Program-made: the position numbers and the translations under genes
Notes under the pieces: model-generated
Databases searched by the model: none
Told to the model about the DNA's origin: nothing
Seen by the model: only the letters and a program-made list of their open reading frames with translations
In this document: in pieces, positions 39,244-48,840 of the stretch
How positions within the stretch are numbered: position 1 is the first letter of the stretch
Layout: every line of letters starts with the position of its first letter
DNA from: Pseudomonadota bacterium
GTDB taxonomy: Bacteria; Pseudomonadota; Alphaproteobacteria; CACIAM-22H2
DNA length: 64,000 bases
Assembly: GCA_052387815.1 (NCBI GenBank)
Contig: JBQTIU010000022.1
Span: 104,913 to 168,912, forward strand
Reading direction: 5' to 3'

Positions 39244-40266
39244 ATGACGAGCGCCCGCCATCCGAGCCCGCAAAGCGGGACGCACCCGGCGCGCCGCCCG
39301 GCCCTCAAGATCGCCGTCATGATGTATCGCGGCCATGACGCGATCGCGCGCTTGGCCGACCGCTTTGCCGACGTCTCGTTCGTCGCCATCGAGGGCACCG
39401 ATGCGTTCCGGCGCGAGATCGTCGATGCGGACGCGCTGATCATCTTCGGGCAGTACTACGATGCCGAGATCGCCGAAGCGATCGGGCTTACGGCCCGCTC
39501 CTTGCGGTGGATCCAGTTCGCCACGGCGGGGATCGACGCGGTCCTCCGCCATGGCGCGCCGCCGGGGATCGCGGTGACGAACGCCGGCGCCGCCTGGGCG
39601 CCGACCGTGGCGGAGCACGCCTTTGCGCTGCTGATCGGGCTCGCCCGTCGGCTCCATGAGCTCGAGCGCGACCGCGGCCGCGCCGCCTGGCGCCGCGGGC
39701 CGCTGGCGGACTGCCTTGCGACGCTCGAAGGCGCGCGGCTTCTCGTCGTCGGCTTCGGGGCGGTCGGCCGCGAGGTGGGGCGCCGCGCGCGGGCCTTCGA
39801 CATGACGGTGACGGGGGTGGCGCGGCAAGCGCGGCGCGAGCCCTTGGCCGAGCGCGTCGTCGGCGTCGCCGACCTCGAGGCCGTCCTGCCGGCGGCCGAT
39901 GCGGTCGTGCTCGCGCTGCCGCTCTCGCGCGACACCGAACGGATGTTCGACGCGCGCCGGCTGGCGCTGATGAAGTCCTCGGCCTTCCTCGTCAATGTCA
40001 GTCGCGGCGGCGTGATCGACGAGGCCGCGCTGGTCGCGGCGCTCATGGCCGGCCGCCTCGCCGGCGCAGGGCTCGATGTGTTCATGCGCGAGCCGCTGCC
40101 CGCGGATCATCCGCTCTGGCGGCTACCCAATGTCATCCTGTCGCCGCACGTCGCCGGCTACGGCGGGAGCCAAGCCTTCGCCCGGCTGGCCGCCCTGTTT
40201 GCCGCCAACATCGAGCGCTTCCGCTCGGGCGCGCCGCTCCTCAACCGGGTGGAGATCCCGGCCTAA
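39244..40266 (+). CDS. D-isomer-specific 2-hydroxyacid dehydrogenase (NAD-binding)
   Basis: GFGAVGREVGRRA Rossmann motif; catalytic His in the conserved LSPHVAGY segment near the C-terminus. Confidence 0.85.
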   Translation: MTSARHPSPQSGTHPARRPALKIAVMMYRGHDAIARLADRFADVSFVAIEGTDAFRREIVDADALIIFGQYYDAEIAEAIGLTARSLRWIQFATAGIDAVLRHGAPPGIAVTNAGAAWAPTVAEHAFALLIGLARRLHELERDRGRAAWRRGPLADCLATLEGARLLVVGFGAVGREVGRRARAFDMTVTGVARQARREPLAERVVGVADLEAVLPAADAVVLALPLSRDTERMFDARRLALMKSSAFLVNVSRGGVIDEAALVAALMAGRLAGAGLDVFMREPLPADHPLWRLPNVILSPHVAGYGGSQAFARLAALFAANIERFRSGAPLLNRVEIPA

Positions 40267-40273
40267 GAGCCTG

Positions 40274-41626
40274 TCACATCACGTTCAACGGCGAGATCCG
40301 TTTCTCGATCGCGGCGCGCCGCTCCGCATCGGGCAGGTCCTGCGTGGCGACATAGGCCGCGGCGATCTTGCGCGACACCTCGCGGATGAGCTTGCGGTCG
40401 TCGGCGTTCGATTTCGGGACCTGGACGATCGTATCGCCGCCATGGGTCGGGATCGGCATTCCGTTCCTCCGCTGCGGCCGTACCGGCTCGTTGCCGTTCT
40501 TGAGCGCCCGGATCTCCTCGCGCAGCTTCCTGCGCAGCATGGCCACGCCCGTGTCGGTGGACCCGAGATGCTCGCGCGCATGGCTGGTGAGCGGACCCTG
40601 CGCCACCCACGCCTCGTAATCGCCGGGCTTGTCCTGCATCAGCTCGTAGGGGCGATGCCGGGTCTGGCCGTAGAAATCGACCATCTCGCAACCGACCTGC
40701 GTGCGGTCGCGCTTGCCCAAGGGATCGTCGCGATCGTTGAAATGCCGCCAGGCGCAGAACATGGCGTTGGTGTCGTCGATCGGCACCACCCAGCGGGTGA
40801 GGCTCGGCCGTCCGAAATAGCGGATCTTGCTCGCGGTTTCGTAGAGGCCGCCGTTCTGGGCGAAGTTGGGGAGCAGGTGATCGTGCATCCGGACCCAGAC
40901 CTTGTTGCCGACGCGCCGCGCGTTGGTATAGAAGAAGCCGAAATCGCGCTGGTGATACTCGACCACGGGGAGTTCGGCCCACACGTCCTCGAACTGCGTG
41001 CCGCTGACGCGGGTGTGCAGGAATGGCGTATGGAAGGGGTCGATCGCGTTCTCGCTGACCTGCAGCCAGTTGACCGGCGATTTGATCTGGTAGGGCACCA
41101 GCTCGTCGTCCGGGATTTCGAAGACGTCGAAGATCGGGAACTCGGGCATCGCCTCCGGCGGCCCCATATAGGCGAAGATCAGCCCCTTGTATTCGTGGAC
41201 GGGGTAGGCCCCGTGCCACACGGTGTCCTTGAGCCGGGAGGTCGGCGGTTCCCCCGGGGTTTCGAGGAGCTTGCCGTCGATGCCGTAGAGCCAGCCGTGA
41301 TAGCAGCAGCGGATGCCGTCCTTGGCGATGATGCCGTATTCGAGCGAGGTGCCGCGATGGCTGCAGGCGAGGCCCAAGAGGCCGAGTTTGCCGCCGAGCG
41401 AGCGGAACAGGACGAGGTCCTCGCCCACAATGCGGATCGCCTTCGGCCGAGCGGTCAATTCCGACGATAACAGCACGGGCTGCCAGAAGCGGCGCAGATA
41501 GTCCCCGCACGGCGTCCCGGGCCCGACGCGCGCCAACTCTTCGTCGACCTCGCGGGTCTTCGGCTGGTGATAGCCGCTGTATGGTTTCAGGACTTTGTCC
41601 GACGCCGCGCTCGCGTGCTCGCTCAT
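40274..41626 (-). CDS. Rieske non-heme iron oxygenase alpha subunit, PDO class; paralogue of 37818-39176
   Basis: CSHRG...CCYHGW; shares the GPGTPCG(D/E)Y(L/M)RRFWQPV N-terminus and the long C-terminal tail with its paralogue. Confidence 0.85.
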   Translation of the reverse strand: MSEHASAASDKVLKPYSGYHQPKTREVDEELARVGPGTPCGDYLRRFWQPVLLSSELTARPKAIRIVGEDLVLFRSLGGKLGLLGLACSHRGTSLEYGIIAKDGIRCCYHGWLYGIDGKLLETPGEPPTSRLKDTVWHGAYPVHEYKGLIFAYMGPPEAMPEFPIFDVFEIPDDELVPYQIKSPVNWLQVSENAIDPFHTPFLHTRVSGTQFEDVWAELPVVEYHQRDFGFFYTNARRVGNKVWVRMHDHLLPNFAQNGGLYETASKIRYFGRPSLTRWVVPIDDTNAMFCAWRHFNDRDDPLGKRDRTQVGCEMVDFYGQTRHRPYELMQDKPGDYEAWVAQGPLTSHAREHLGSTDTGVAMLRRKLREEIRALKNGNEPVRPQRRNGMPIPTHGGDTIVQVPKSNADDRKLIREVSRKIAAAYVATQDLPDAERRAAIEKRISPLNVM

Positions 41627-41769
41627 GCCTGGTCTCCTCCGCTCGGCTCAATGCCTGCCCCCCGACCGGACTCGGGCGGGGGGGCCCATGACCTCGGCAG
41701 GCTAACATTGTTATTCCGGGCGCTCAATTTATTATTATCGCGGTGAAAACGGCGGGCGCGCCGCTGCTG

Positions 41770-41796
41770 CCGGTGTGGCCGGTGTGGCCGGTGTGG
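41770..41796. repeat. perfect 9-bp tandem repeat (CCGGTGTGG) x3 in a divergent promoter region
   Basis: Read directly from the sequence, between the Rieske oxygenase and the ttuC-like gene. Confidence 0.9.
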
Positions 41797-41840
41797 TAGG
41801 CTGCCGGCCCAACCCGAGCGACCCCGCGAGCGAGGACCGG

Positions 41841-42899
41841 ATGACCAACGCATACGAGATCGCCGTCATCCCCGGCGACGGCATCGGCAAGGAAGTCGTC
41901 CCCGAAGGTGTTCGCGTGCTGGAGGCGGCCAGCCGCAAGTTCGGTCTCGAGTTCACGTTCGAGACCTTCGACTGGAGCTGCGAGAGGTACGCGCGCAGCG
42001 GGCGCATGATGCCCGAAGGCGGCCTCGACCGGCTCCGCCCCTTCGATGCGATCTTCTTGGGCGCCGTCGGGTTTCCCGGCGTGCCGGATCACGTCTCGCT
42101 GTGGGGGCTGTTGATTCCGATCCGCCGCACCTTCCAGCAATACGTGAATCTGCGCCCCGTTCGCCTCTTGAAGGGCACCGAATCGCCGCTCAAGGGCCGC
42201 GGCCCCGCCGACATCGATTTCGTGGTCGTGCGCGAGAACACCGAAGGCGAGTATTCGGAGATCGGCGGTCGGCTCTACAAGGGGACCGAACACGAACTTG
42301 CGGTGCAGGAATCGGTGTTCACGCGGCGCGGCGTCGACCGCGTGCTGCGCCACGCCTTCGAATTGGCGCGCACGCGCAAGAAACACGTGACATCGGCCAC
42401 CAAGTCGAACGGCATCATCCACACCATGCCGTTCTGGGACGAGCGCTTCAAGGCGATCGCCACGGACTACCCGGACGTGGCGAGCGACCGCTACCACATC
42501 GACATCCTGGTCTCGCATTTCGTCCGCCATCCCGACTGGTTCGACGTCGTGGTCGCCAGCAACCTGTTCGGCGACATCCTGTCCGACCTAGGGCCGGCGG
42601 TGGCGGGGGGCATCGGCATCGCGCCCTCGGCCAATCTCAACCCCGAGCGCGAGTACCCCTCGATGTTCGAGCCGGTGCACGGCTCGGCGCCTGACATCGC
42701 CGGGCGCGGAATCGCCAACCCGATCGGCCAGATCTGGTCGGCGGCGATGATGCTCGACCATTTCGGCCACTCGGCGGCGGCCCGCGCCGTCGAGCGGGCG
42801 ATCGAGACCGCGCTCGCCGATAAGGGGCTCAGGACGCCCGACCTCGGCGGCAAGGCGACCACATCCCAGCTCGGCCAGGCGATCGCGGAGGCCGTGTGA
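41841..42899 (+). CDS. ttuC: tartrate dehydrogenase/decarboxylase-like (isocitrate/isopropylmalate dehydrogenase family)
   Basis: IPGDGIGKEV N-terminus; NLFGDILSDL active-site loop; about 352 aa. Confidence 0.8.
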   Translation: MTNAYEIAVIPGDGIGKEVVPEGVRVLEAASRKFGLEFTFETFDWSCERYARSGRMMPEGGLDRLRPFDAIFLGAVGFPGVPDHVSLWGLLIPIRRTFQQYVNLRPVRLLKGTESPLKGRGPADIDFVVVRENTEGEYSEIGGRLYKGTEHELAVQESVFTRRGVDRVLRHAFELARTRKKHVTSATKSNGIIHTMPFWDERFKAIATDYPDVASDRYHIDILVSHFVRHPDWFDVVVASNLFGDILSDLGPAVAGGIGIAPSANLNPEREYPSMFEPVHGSAPDIAGRGIANPIGQIWSAAMMLDHFGHSAAARAVERAIETALADKGLRTPDLGGKATTSQLGQAIAEAV

Positions 42900-43005
42900 G
42901 CGTTTGGCCGGCGCTTTCCCGGCGGCCGCTCGCTGGCCCGAGCGGCCTTGACCCGAGGTGCGGAACCGGTCACTGATTGGCTCCCACCCTCGCGGAGGAA
43001 CGCCG

Positions 43006-43974
43006 ATGTCCTTCGTCCTTGCCTTCCTCTTGACCCTCGTTCTCGTGGCCCCGTTGCCGGTCGTGGCGCAGGAGAGCTTTCCCGCCCGCCCGATCGCCGT
43101 CGTGGTGCCGTTCCCGCCCGGCGGCGTCGCCGACCAGACCGCCCGCCCGATCGCCGCGGCGATGGAAAAAGTTTTGAAGCAGCCGCTCGTCCTGCGCAAC
43201 GTGGCGGGTGCCGGCGGCGCAGTCGGGATGGCCAATGTCGCCAACGCGCGGCCCGACGGCTATACGATCTTGATGGCCCTTTCGAGCATCTCGATCATCC
43301 CCGAGGCGGACAAGCTGTTCGGCCGCCAGCCGGCCTACACCATGGACCAGTTGACGCCCATCGCGCTGATCAGCGCCGACCCGACGATCCTCGTGGTGCG
43401 CGCCGAGCACCCGTGGAAGACGGTCAAGGAGTTCGTCGACGACGCCAAGCAGCGGCCGGGGGCGATCTCGTTCTCGTCTTCGGGCATCTACGGAACTCTG
43501 CACATGGCGACGGCGATGTTCGCGCACGCCGCCGGCATCAATCTGCGCCACGTGCCCTTCAATGGCGCCGGCCCGGCCTTGACCGCCATCCTGGGGGCCA
43601 ACGTCGACGCGCTTGCCTCGGGCCCCGGGGTGGTCCTGCCGCACATCAAGGCGGGAACCCTGCGGCCGCTCGCCGGCTGGGGCGCCGAGCGGGTCGCGGT
43701 GTTGCCCGACCTGCCGACCTTCAAGGAGCTCGGCTACGACGCGCTGTTCTACATCTGGGCCGGGCTGTTCGCGCCCAGCCGCACTCCGGCGCCCATTCTC
43801 GATGTGCTGCGGGACGCCGTCCGGCAAGGGGTGCAGGACCCGGAGTTCAAGGCCACCATGGCCAATCTCGGAACCCCGATCCGCTATCTCGATGCGCCGG
43901 AGTTCCAGAAATTCTGGGACGACGACGCCAAGCGGCTGGCCGAGGCGGTGCGGCGGGTCGGCAAGGTCGAGTAG
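43006..43974 (+). CDS. tctC: tripartite tricarboxylate transporter substrate-binding protein (TctC/Bug family)
   Basis: Signal peptide followed by Bug-family composition; followed by tctB and tctA. Confidence 0.85.
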   Translation: MSFVLAFLLTLVLVAPLPVVAQESFPARPIAVVVPFPPGGVADQTARPIAAAMEKVLKQPLVLRNVAGAGGAVGMANVANARPDGYTILMALSSISIIPEADKLFGRQPAYTMDQLTPIALISADPTILVVRAEHPWKTVKEFVDDAKQRPGAISFSSSGIYGTLHMATAMFAHAAGINLRHVPFNGAGPALTAILGANVDALASGPGVVLPHIKAGTLRPLAGWGAERVAVLPDLPTFKELGYDALFYIWAGLFAPSRTPAPILDVLRDAVRQGVQDPEFKATMANLGTPIRYLDAPEFQKFWDDDAKRLAEAVRRVGKVE

Positions 43975-44001
43975 AACCCGGCCGCGGTCGCCGGGTCCGT
44001 C

Positions 44002-44481
44002 ATGGCCGAGGGGTCGGCGCCCGGCCGCGGCCCGGCCGCCTTGACTAGGGACCGGATCGCCGGCTCGGTCCTGCTGCTCTTGGCCTTGGGCATCGCTTGG
44101 CAGACCCGAGATCTGCCGCTCGGTTCGCTCACCGAACCGGGCCCGGCCTATATGCCGCTCCTGGTCGCGATCCTGTTGGGCGCGCTCGGTGTCGCGGTGG
44201 CGCTCACGGGCGGCCGGTCGCCGTCGCTCGGATCGATGCGGTGGCCCGAATCCGGGCACGCGGCGATGATCCTGCTGGCCTGCGCCTTCGCGGCCGTGGC
44301 GCTCGAGCGGCTCGGCTACCGCTTGACGACGATCGCGCTGCTGGTCTTCCTGGTCGGCGTGGTCGAGCGCAAGCCGCCGGCGATCGTCGCGGCCCTCGCC
44401 CTCGGGCTTTCGATGGGCTCGTTCTTCCTGTTCTCCGACCTCTTGCGGGTGCCGCTGCCGCGCGGCCCGTGGAACTTCTAG
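44002..44481 (+). CDS. tctB: tripartite tricarboxylate transporter small membrane subunit TctB
   Basis: 159 aa, four TM helices; positioned between tctC and tctA. Confidence 0.7.
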   Translation: MAEGSAPGRGPAALTRDRIAGSVLLLLALGIAWQTRDLPLGSLTEPGPAYMPLLVAILLGALGVAVALTGGRSPSLGSMRWPESGHAAMILLACAFAAVALERLGYRLTTIALLVFLVGVVERKPPAIVAALALGLSMGSFFLFSDLLRVPLPRGPWNF

Positions 44482-44482
44482 G

Positions 44483-45997
44483 GTGTTGGACACCTTCCAG
44501 AACCTCTATCTGGGCTTCGCGGTCGCGTTCACGCCGGCGGTCCTGTTCTACGCCGTCCTCGGCTGCGTCGTGGGAACGCTGGTCGGGATGCTGCCCGGCC
44601 TGGGCCCGCTGGCCGGCATCAGCCTGCTGTTGCCGATCACCTTCGGCCTCAACCCCACCGCCGCGATCGTGCTGCTCGCCGGCATCTATTACGGCGCCAT
44701 GTACGGCGGATCGACGACCTCGATCCTGATGCGCATCCCGGGCGAGGCGGCCTCGGTCATCACCTGCATCGACGGCTACGCCATGACCCAGAACGGCCGC
44801 GCCGGACCGGCGCTCGCCATCGCGGCGATCGGGTCCTTCGTCGCCGGAACGCTGAGCGTGGTGGCCCTCATGCTGCTCGCCCCGCCGCTCGCCGCCTTCG
44901 CGCTGCGGTTCGGTCCGCCCGAATACGTGGCCCTGCTCCTGCTCGCGCTGCTGGTGCTTTCCTATATGAGCAGCGGCCCCATGCCCAAGACTCTGGCGAT
45001 GGCGGCGCTCGGCCTGTTCCTGGGCACCATCGGCATCGACGCCATGTCGGGGTTCATGCGCTTCAGCTATGGCCTGTACGAGCTCGGCGACGGCATCGGT
45101 ATCGTCCCCGTCGCCGTGGGGCTGTTCGGCATCTCCGAGATCCTGCTCGTCGCCGGGCAGCCGACGCCGCCGCGCATCCGCAAGCCCAGGTTCAAGGAGC
45201 TATACCCATCCCGGGAGGAGATGGCCCTCTCGGTCGGGCCGGTTGCCCGGGGAACCTTGCTCGGCTTCCTCATCGGCATCGTCCCGGGCTCGGCCCACAT
45301 CATTTCGTCCTTCGTGTCCTATGGCGTCGAGCGGCGCCTGTCGGCGCACCCCGAGCGCTTCGGGCAGGGCGCGGTCGAAGGCGTCGCCGGGCCGGAATCG
45401 GCGAACAACGCCGCCGCCTCGGGCGCCTTCGTCCCGATGCTGGCCTTGGGGCTGCCGTCGGGGCCGATCCCGGCGGTGATGATGGCCGCGCTCATGGTCC
45501 ACGGCGTCTCGCCCGGGCCGCTGCTGATCGAACAGCAGCCGGCGCTGTTCTGGGGGTTCATCGCCAGTATGTACGTGGGCAACGTGGTCCTCCTGGTCCT
45601 CAACCTGCCGATGGTGGGACTGTTCGTGAACCTGCTGCGCATCCCCTACCCTTATCTTTACCCGGCCATCCTCCTGTTCTGCGTGCTGGGCGTCTATGCG
45701 GTCAACCAGAGCACGCTCGACGTGTGGATCATGGCGGCGATGGGTGCGCTCGGCTATGGGTTGCGCAAGTTCGACTTCGACGTGGCGCCGGTCGTCCTCG
45801 GGCTCATCCTGTCGCCGATGCTGGAGATGAGCCTGCGCCAGTCGCTCGCCATGTCGGCGGGGAGCTACGGGATCTTCCTCGACCGGCCGATCGCCGCCGC
45901 CATGCTCGGGCTCGGCCTCGTGCTTCTCATCGTCAGCCTGCGGCCGCTGGGAGGCGCGGGTTGGCGCCGGCGGATCGGGCTGGACGACCGGGCTTAA
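44483..45997 (+). CDS. tctA: tripartite tricarboxylate transporter large permease TctA
   Basis: 504 aa polytopic membrane protein with TctA family composition. Confidence 0.9.
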   Translation: MLDTFQNLYLGFAVAFTPAVLFYAVLGCVVGTLVGMLPGLGPLAGISLLLPITFGLNPTAAIVLLAGIYYGAMYGGSTTSILMRIPGEAASVITCIDGYAMTQNGRAGPALAIAAIGSFVAGTLSVVALMLLAPPLAAFALRFGPPEYVALLLLALLVLSYMSSGPMPKTLAMAALGLFLGTIGIDAMSGFMRFSYGLYELGDGIGIVPVAVGLFGISEILLVAGQPTPPRIRKPRFKELYPSREEMALSVGPVARGTLLGFLIGIVPGSAHIISSFVSYGVERRLSAHPERFGQGAVEGVAGPESANNAAASGAFVPMLALGLPSGPIPAVMMAALMVHGVSPGPLLIEQQPALFWGFIASMYVGNVVLLVLNLPMVGLFVNLLRIPYPYLYPAILLFCVLGVYAVNQSTLDVWIMAAMGALGYGLRKFDFDVAPVVLGLILSPMLEMSLRQSLAMSAGSYGIFLDRPIAAAMLGLGLVLLIVSLRPLGGAGWRRRIGLDDRA

Positions 45998-46024
45998 AGC
46001 CCGCCGCCTGGCCTCATGGCCCGT

Positions 46025-47257
46025 TCAGGCGCGGGGCCGCCTGAGGAACGAGGTTCCGCGCTCGAGCGGCGGGAGGCCGAGGTGGAGGGCGAGGCTCTGG
46101 CCGATATCGGCGAAGGTCTTGCGCTGGCCGATGGGCCTGGGCGCCACCTCGGGGCCGAAGGCCAGCACCGGCACGTGCTCGCGGGTGTGGTCGGTGCCGC
46201 GCCAGGTGGGATCGCAGCCGTGATCGGCGCTGATCACCGCCACGTCGCCGGGACGCAAGGCGCGCTCGAATTCCGGCAGGCGCGCGTCGAACTCCTCGAG
46301 CGCCGCGGCATAGCCGGCGGGGTCGCGGCGGTGGCCGAACAAGGTGTCGAAATCGACGAAGTTGGCGAACACCAGCGTGCGCTCTTGGGCCTCGCGCGCC
46401 GCCTCGAGCGTGACGTCGAACAACGCCATGTTGCCCTCGGCCTTGACGGTGCGGGCGATGCCGCGATGGGCGAAGATGTCGGCGACCTTGCCGACCGCGA
46501 CCACCGTCCCGCCGCTCGCCGTAAGCCGGTCGAGCAGGGTGGGCGCCGGCGGCGGGGTCGCGAGGTCGCGGCGGTTGCCGGTGCGCCGGAAGCCGCCCGG
46601 GGAGCCCACGAAGGGCCGTGCGATCACCCGGCCGATGCGGTAGGCGTCGACCAGATCGCGGGCGATCTCGCACACCTCGTAGAGCCGCGTCAGGCCGAAG
46701 GTCTGTTCATGGGCCGCGATCTGGAACACGCTGTCGGCCGAGGTGTAGACGATCGGCTTGCCGGTGCGCAGGTGCTCGGCCCCCAGCTCGGCGACGATCT
46801 CGGTGCCCGAGGCGTGGCGGTTGCCGATGAGGCCGGGCAGCCGCGCCCGGGCGATCAGCGCGCCCGTTAGCTCCTCGGGGAAACTCGGGTAGGCCGGCGG
46901 GAAATAGCCCCAGTCGAACTCGACCGGCACGCCGGCCATTTCCCAGTGGCCGCTCGGCGTGTCCTTGCCGCGGCTCACTTCCGCCGCATAGCCATGAGCG
47001 CCGGCGAACGGCCCGGCGGACTCGAGGCCCGGCGGCATGCGCCCGGAACTCAAGCGCGCGGCCTCGCCGAGGCCGAGGCGCACGAGGTTGGGGAGCTTGA
47101 GCCGACCGCGGCGACGAGGGGTGTCGGCGCCGCCGGCCGCGCAGGCGAGCGCGATGTGGCCGAGCGTATCGGCGCCCGCATCGCCGAACGAGGCGGCATC
47201 GAGGGCGGAGCCGATGCCGAACGAATCCATGACCAGGAGGAAGGCGCGTCGAGCCAT
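46025..47257 (-). CDS. deoB: phosphopentomutase
   Basis: 410 aa; metal-binding [12 protein letters not shown]-terminus and a C-terminal ADHGCDPT motif. Confidence 0.9.
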   Translation of the reverse strand: MARRAFLLVMDSFGIGSALDAASFGDAGADTLGHIALACAAGGADTPRRRGRLKLPNLVRLGLGEAARLSSGRMPPGLESAGPFAGAHGYAAEVSRGKDTPSGHWEMAGVPVEFDWGYFPPAYPSFPEELTGALIARARLPGLIGNRHASGTEIVAELGAEHLRTGKPIVYTSADSVFQIAAHEQTFGLTRLYEVCEIARDLVDAYRIGRVIARPFVGSPGGFRRTGNRRDLATPPPAPTLLDRLTASGGTVVAVGKVADIFAHRGIARTVKAEGNMALFDVTLEAAREAQERTLVFANFVDFDTLFGHRRDPAGYAAALEEFDARLPEFERALRPGDVAVISADHGCDPTWRGTDHTREHVPVLAFGPEVAPRPIGQRKTFADIGQSLALHLGLPPLERGTSFLRRPRA

Positions 47258-47337
47258 GCGTGCCTCGCCACCGAGACCGCGAGTTTACCCGATTCCACCG
47301 CCGGCGGGGACGTTCTCGGGTCTCCTTCTCGGGGAAA

Positions 47338-47703
47338 CTATGATCTGCCGTCCCGCCAGCGGTCCAGGATGCCCCATGCGTCGAGACCGACGCCTGTGCC
47401 TTCGTACTCTCGACAGATCGCTTCGAGGACGGACACGGCGCGATCGGGAGCGAACAGTAGGGCGTCCGCCGCGGCCTGAGTGCGCACGCCCAGGTTCTCG
47501 TGTTCGAGGAGCAGCAGCAGTGCCGCGTGCGCGTCCCTGCCGCGTGCATGAAGTTCGCGCCCAATGCCGATGATGATGTCCATCTTGCGGTTCTCCGCCG
47601 GCGTGTCGAGAACGACGACCGCTTCGAAATGCTCGAGGGCCGTCTTCTCGTACCGAGCGACGAGTTCCGCGACCGCCAGTTTGGCATAGTTCGGTCTGGC
47701 CAT
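47338..47703 (-). CDS. HEAT-repeat-like small protein, copy 2 (putative immunity protein; DUF2019-like)
   Basis: 121 aa; about 95% nucleotide identity to the upstream copy; HEAT-like ALLLLLEHENLGVRTQAAADAL repeat. Confidence 0.6.
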   Translation of the reverse strand: MARPNYAKLAVAELVARYEKTALEHFEAVVVLDTPAENRKMDIIIGIGRELHARGRDAHAALLLLLEHENLGVRTQAAADALLFAPDRAVSVLEAICREYEGTGVGLDAWGILDRWRDGRS

Positions 47704-47731
47704 CGGCTGGTCGTTCCTCGCGCCTCCCCTT

Positions 47732-48106
47732 TCACGGAAGTTGTGATTCACCGTTCCGCCAACGGTCCAGGATGCCCCCTGCGTCCGCTCCGATGCCTGT
47801 CCCTTTGAAATCGCGTCGGATCGCTTCGAGGACGGACACGGCGCGATCGGGAGCGAACAGAAGGGCGTCCGCCGCGGCCTGAGTGCGCACGCCCGGGTTC
47901 TCGTGTTCGAGGAGCGGCAGCAACGCCGCGTGCGCGTCCCTGCCGCGTGCATGAAGTTCGCGCCCAATGCCGATGATGATGTCCATCTTGCGGTTCGCGG
48001 TCGGCGTGTCGAGGACGACGACCGCTTCGAAATGCTCGAGGGCCGTCTTCTCGTACCGAGCGACCAGCTCGGCGACGGACAGTTTCGCGTAGTTGACTTT
48101 GCTCAT
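47732..48106 (-). CDS. HEAT-repeat-like small protein, copy 1 (putative immunity protein; DUF2019-like)
   Basis: 124 aa; start codon overlaps the stop of the upstream 245-aa gene (ATGA), indicating translational coupling. Confidence 0.6.
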   Translation of the reverse strand: MSKVNYAKLSVAELVARYEKTALEHFEAVVVLDTPTANRKMDIIIGIGRELHARGRDAHAALLPLLEHENPGVRTQAAADALLFAPDRAVSVLEAIRRDFKGTGIGADAGGILDRWRNGESQLP

Positions 48107-48840
48107 TTTAGAACTCCATGGTCTCGCAAGATATTCAACCCTCTTCTGTACTGCCGACCGAAGTCCAGCTCCTCGATCGATTCGCGGACCGAAAGGCCGT
48201 TCAGGTCACGGGGCCTCCTGTTGTAATACCCGGTTATCCCCCAGTGTTTCCAGAACGGGATGCAGACGATGTTCTCGGTGGTGTGGATGCGGCCCGGGAA
48301 CCTCGCCAAATTCCCGTCGGTCTGCCCGACGATATGATGGCAGTCCTGCCAAACCCGGATCTTGTTCTCGAAATACTTCTCGAAAGCCTTGGGGCTGTCA
48401 AACTCCATGTACTCGGGCGACATGCGAAGCTCATCGAGGGTCCGCGGGTACTCCAGCTCGTCCATCAGCGCGCGCACGACTTCTGCCGTGATGACCACCG
48501 CACCTCTCAGCCGGCGACCCAACTCGCTGGTGACTTTCTCAACGTTGATGGCAACCAGCTGGAGCCAGCGCTCGCGCTCCGTCGTCGGCGTTCCGTTGGC
48601 GCCGTTCCCGTGGTTGCTGCTGTCGGCATTGCCATCGCCGCCGCCGGCCTCCCGCCACTGTCCGCCCGTGGACGTGCCGGCAGGATGACGCGGCTGGTTG
48701 GGATCGAACCCGGCTTTGAGGCCGAGTTGCACCTCGAGCGCGATGAGCCGGCGGTCCACATCCTCATAGAAGCGCCGCACCCCCGCACGGATTCGATCCA
48801 GGAGCTCGCGGAGCTTGTCGGGTGGGAGATGCTGCAGCAA
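48103..48840 (-). CDS. putative toxin with a C-terminal HNH/AHH-like nuclease motif
   Basis: 245 aa; C-terminus reads QDCHHIVGQTDGNLARFPGRIHTTENIVCIPFWKHW, an HH-x(n)-N-x(n)-H His-Me finger pattern; lower GC than flanking genes; AGGAA Shine-Dalgarno. Confidence 0.5.
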   Translation of the reverse strand: MLQHLPPDKLRELLDRIRAGVRRFYEDVDRRLIALEVQLGLKAGFDPNQPRHPAGTSTGGQWREAGGGDGNADSSNHGNGANGTPTTERERWLQLVAINVEKVTSELGRRLRGAVVITAEVVRALMDELEYPRTLDELRMSPEYMEFDSPKAFEKYFENKIRVWQDCHHIVGQTDGNLARFPGRIHTTENIVCIPFWKHWGITGYYNRRPRDLNGLSVRESIEELDFGRQYRRGLNILRDHGVLK

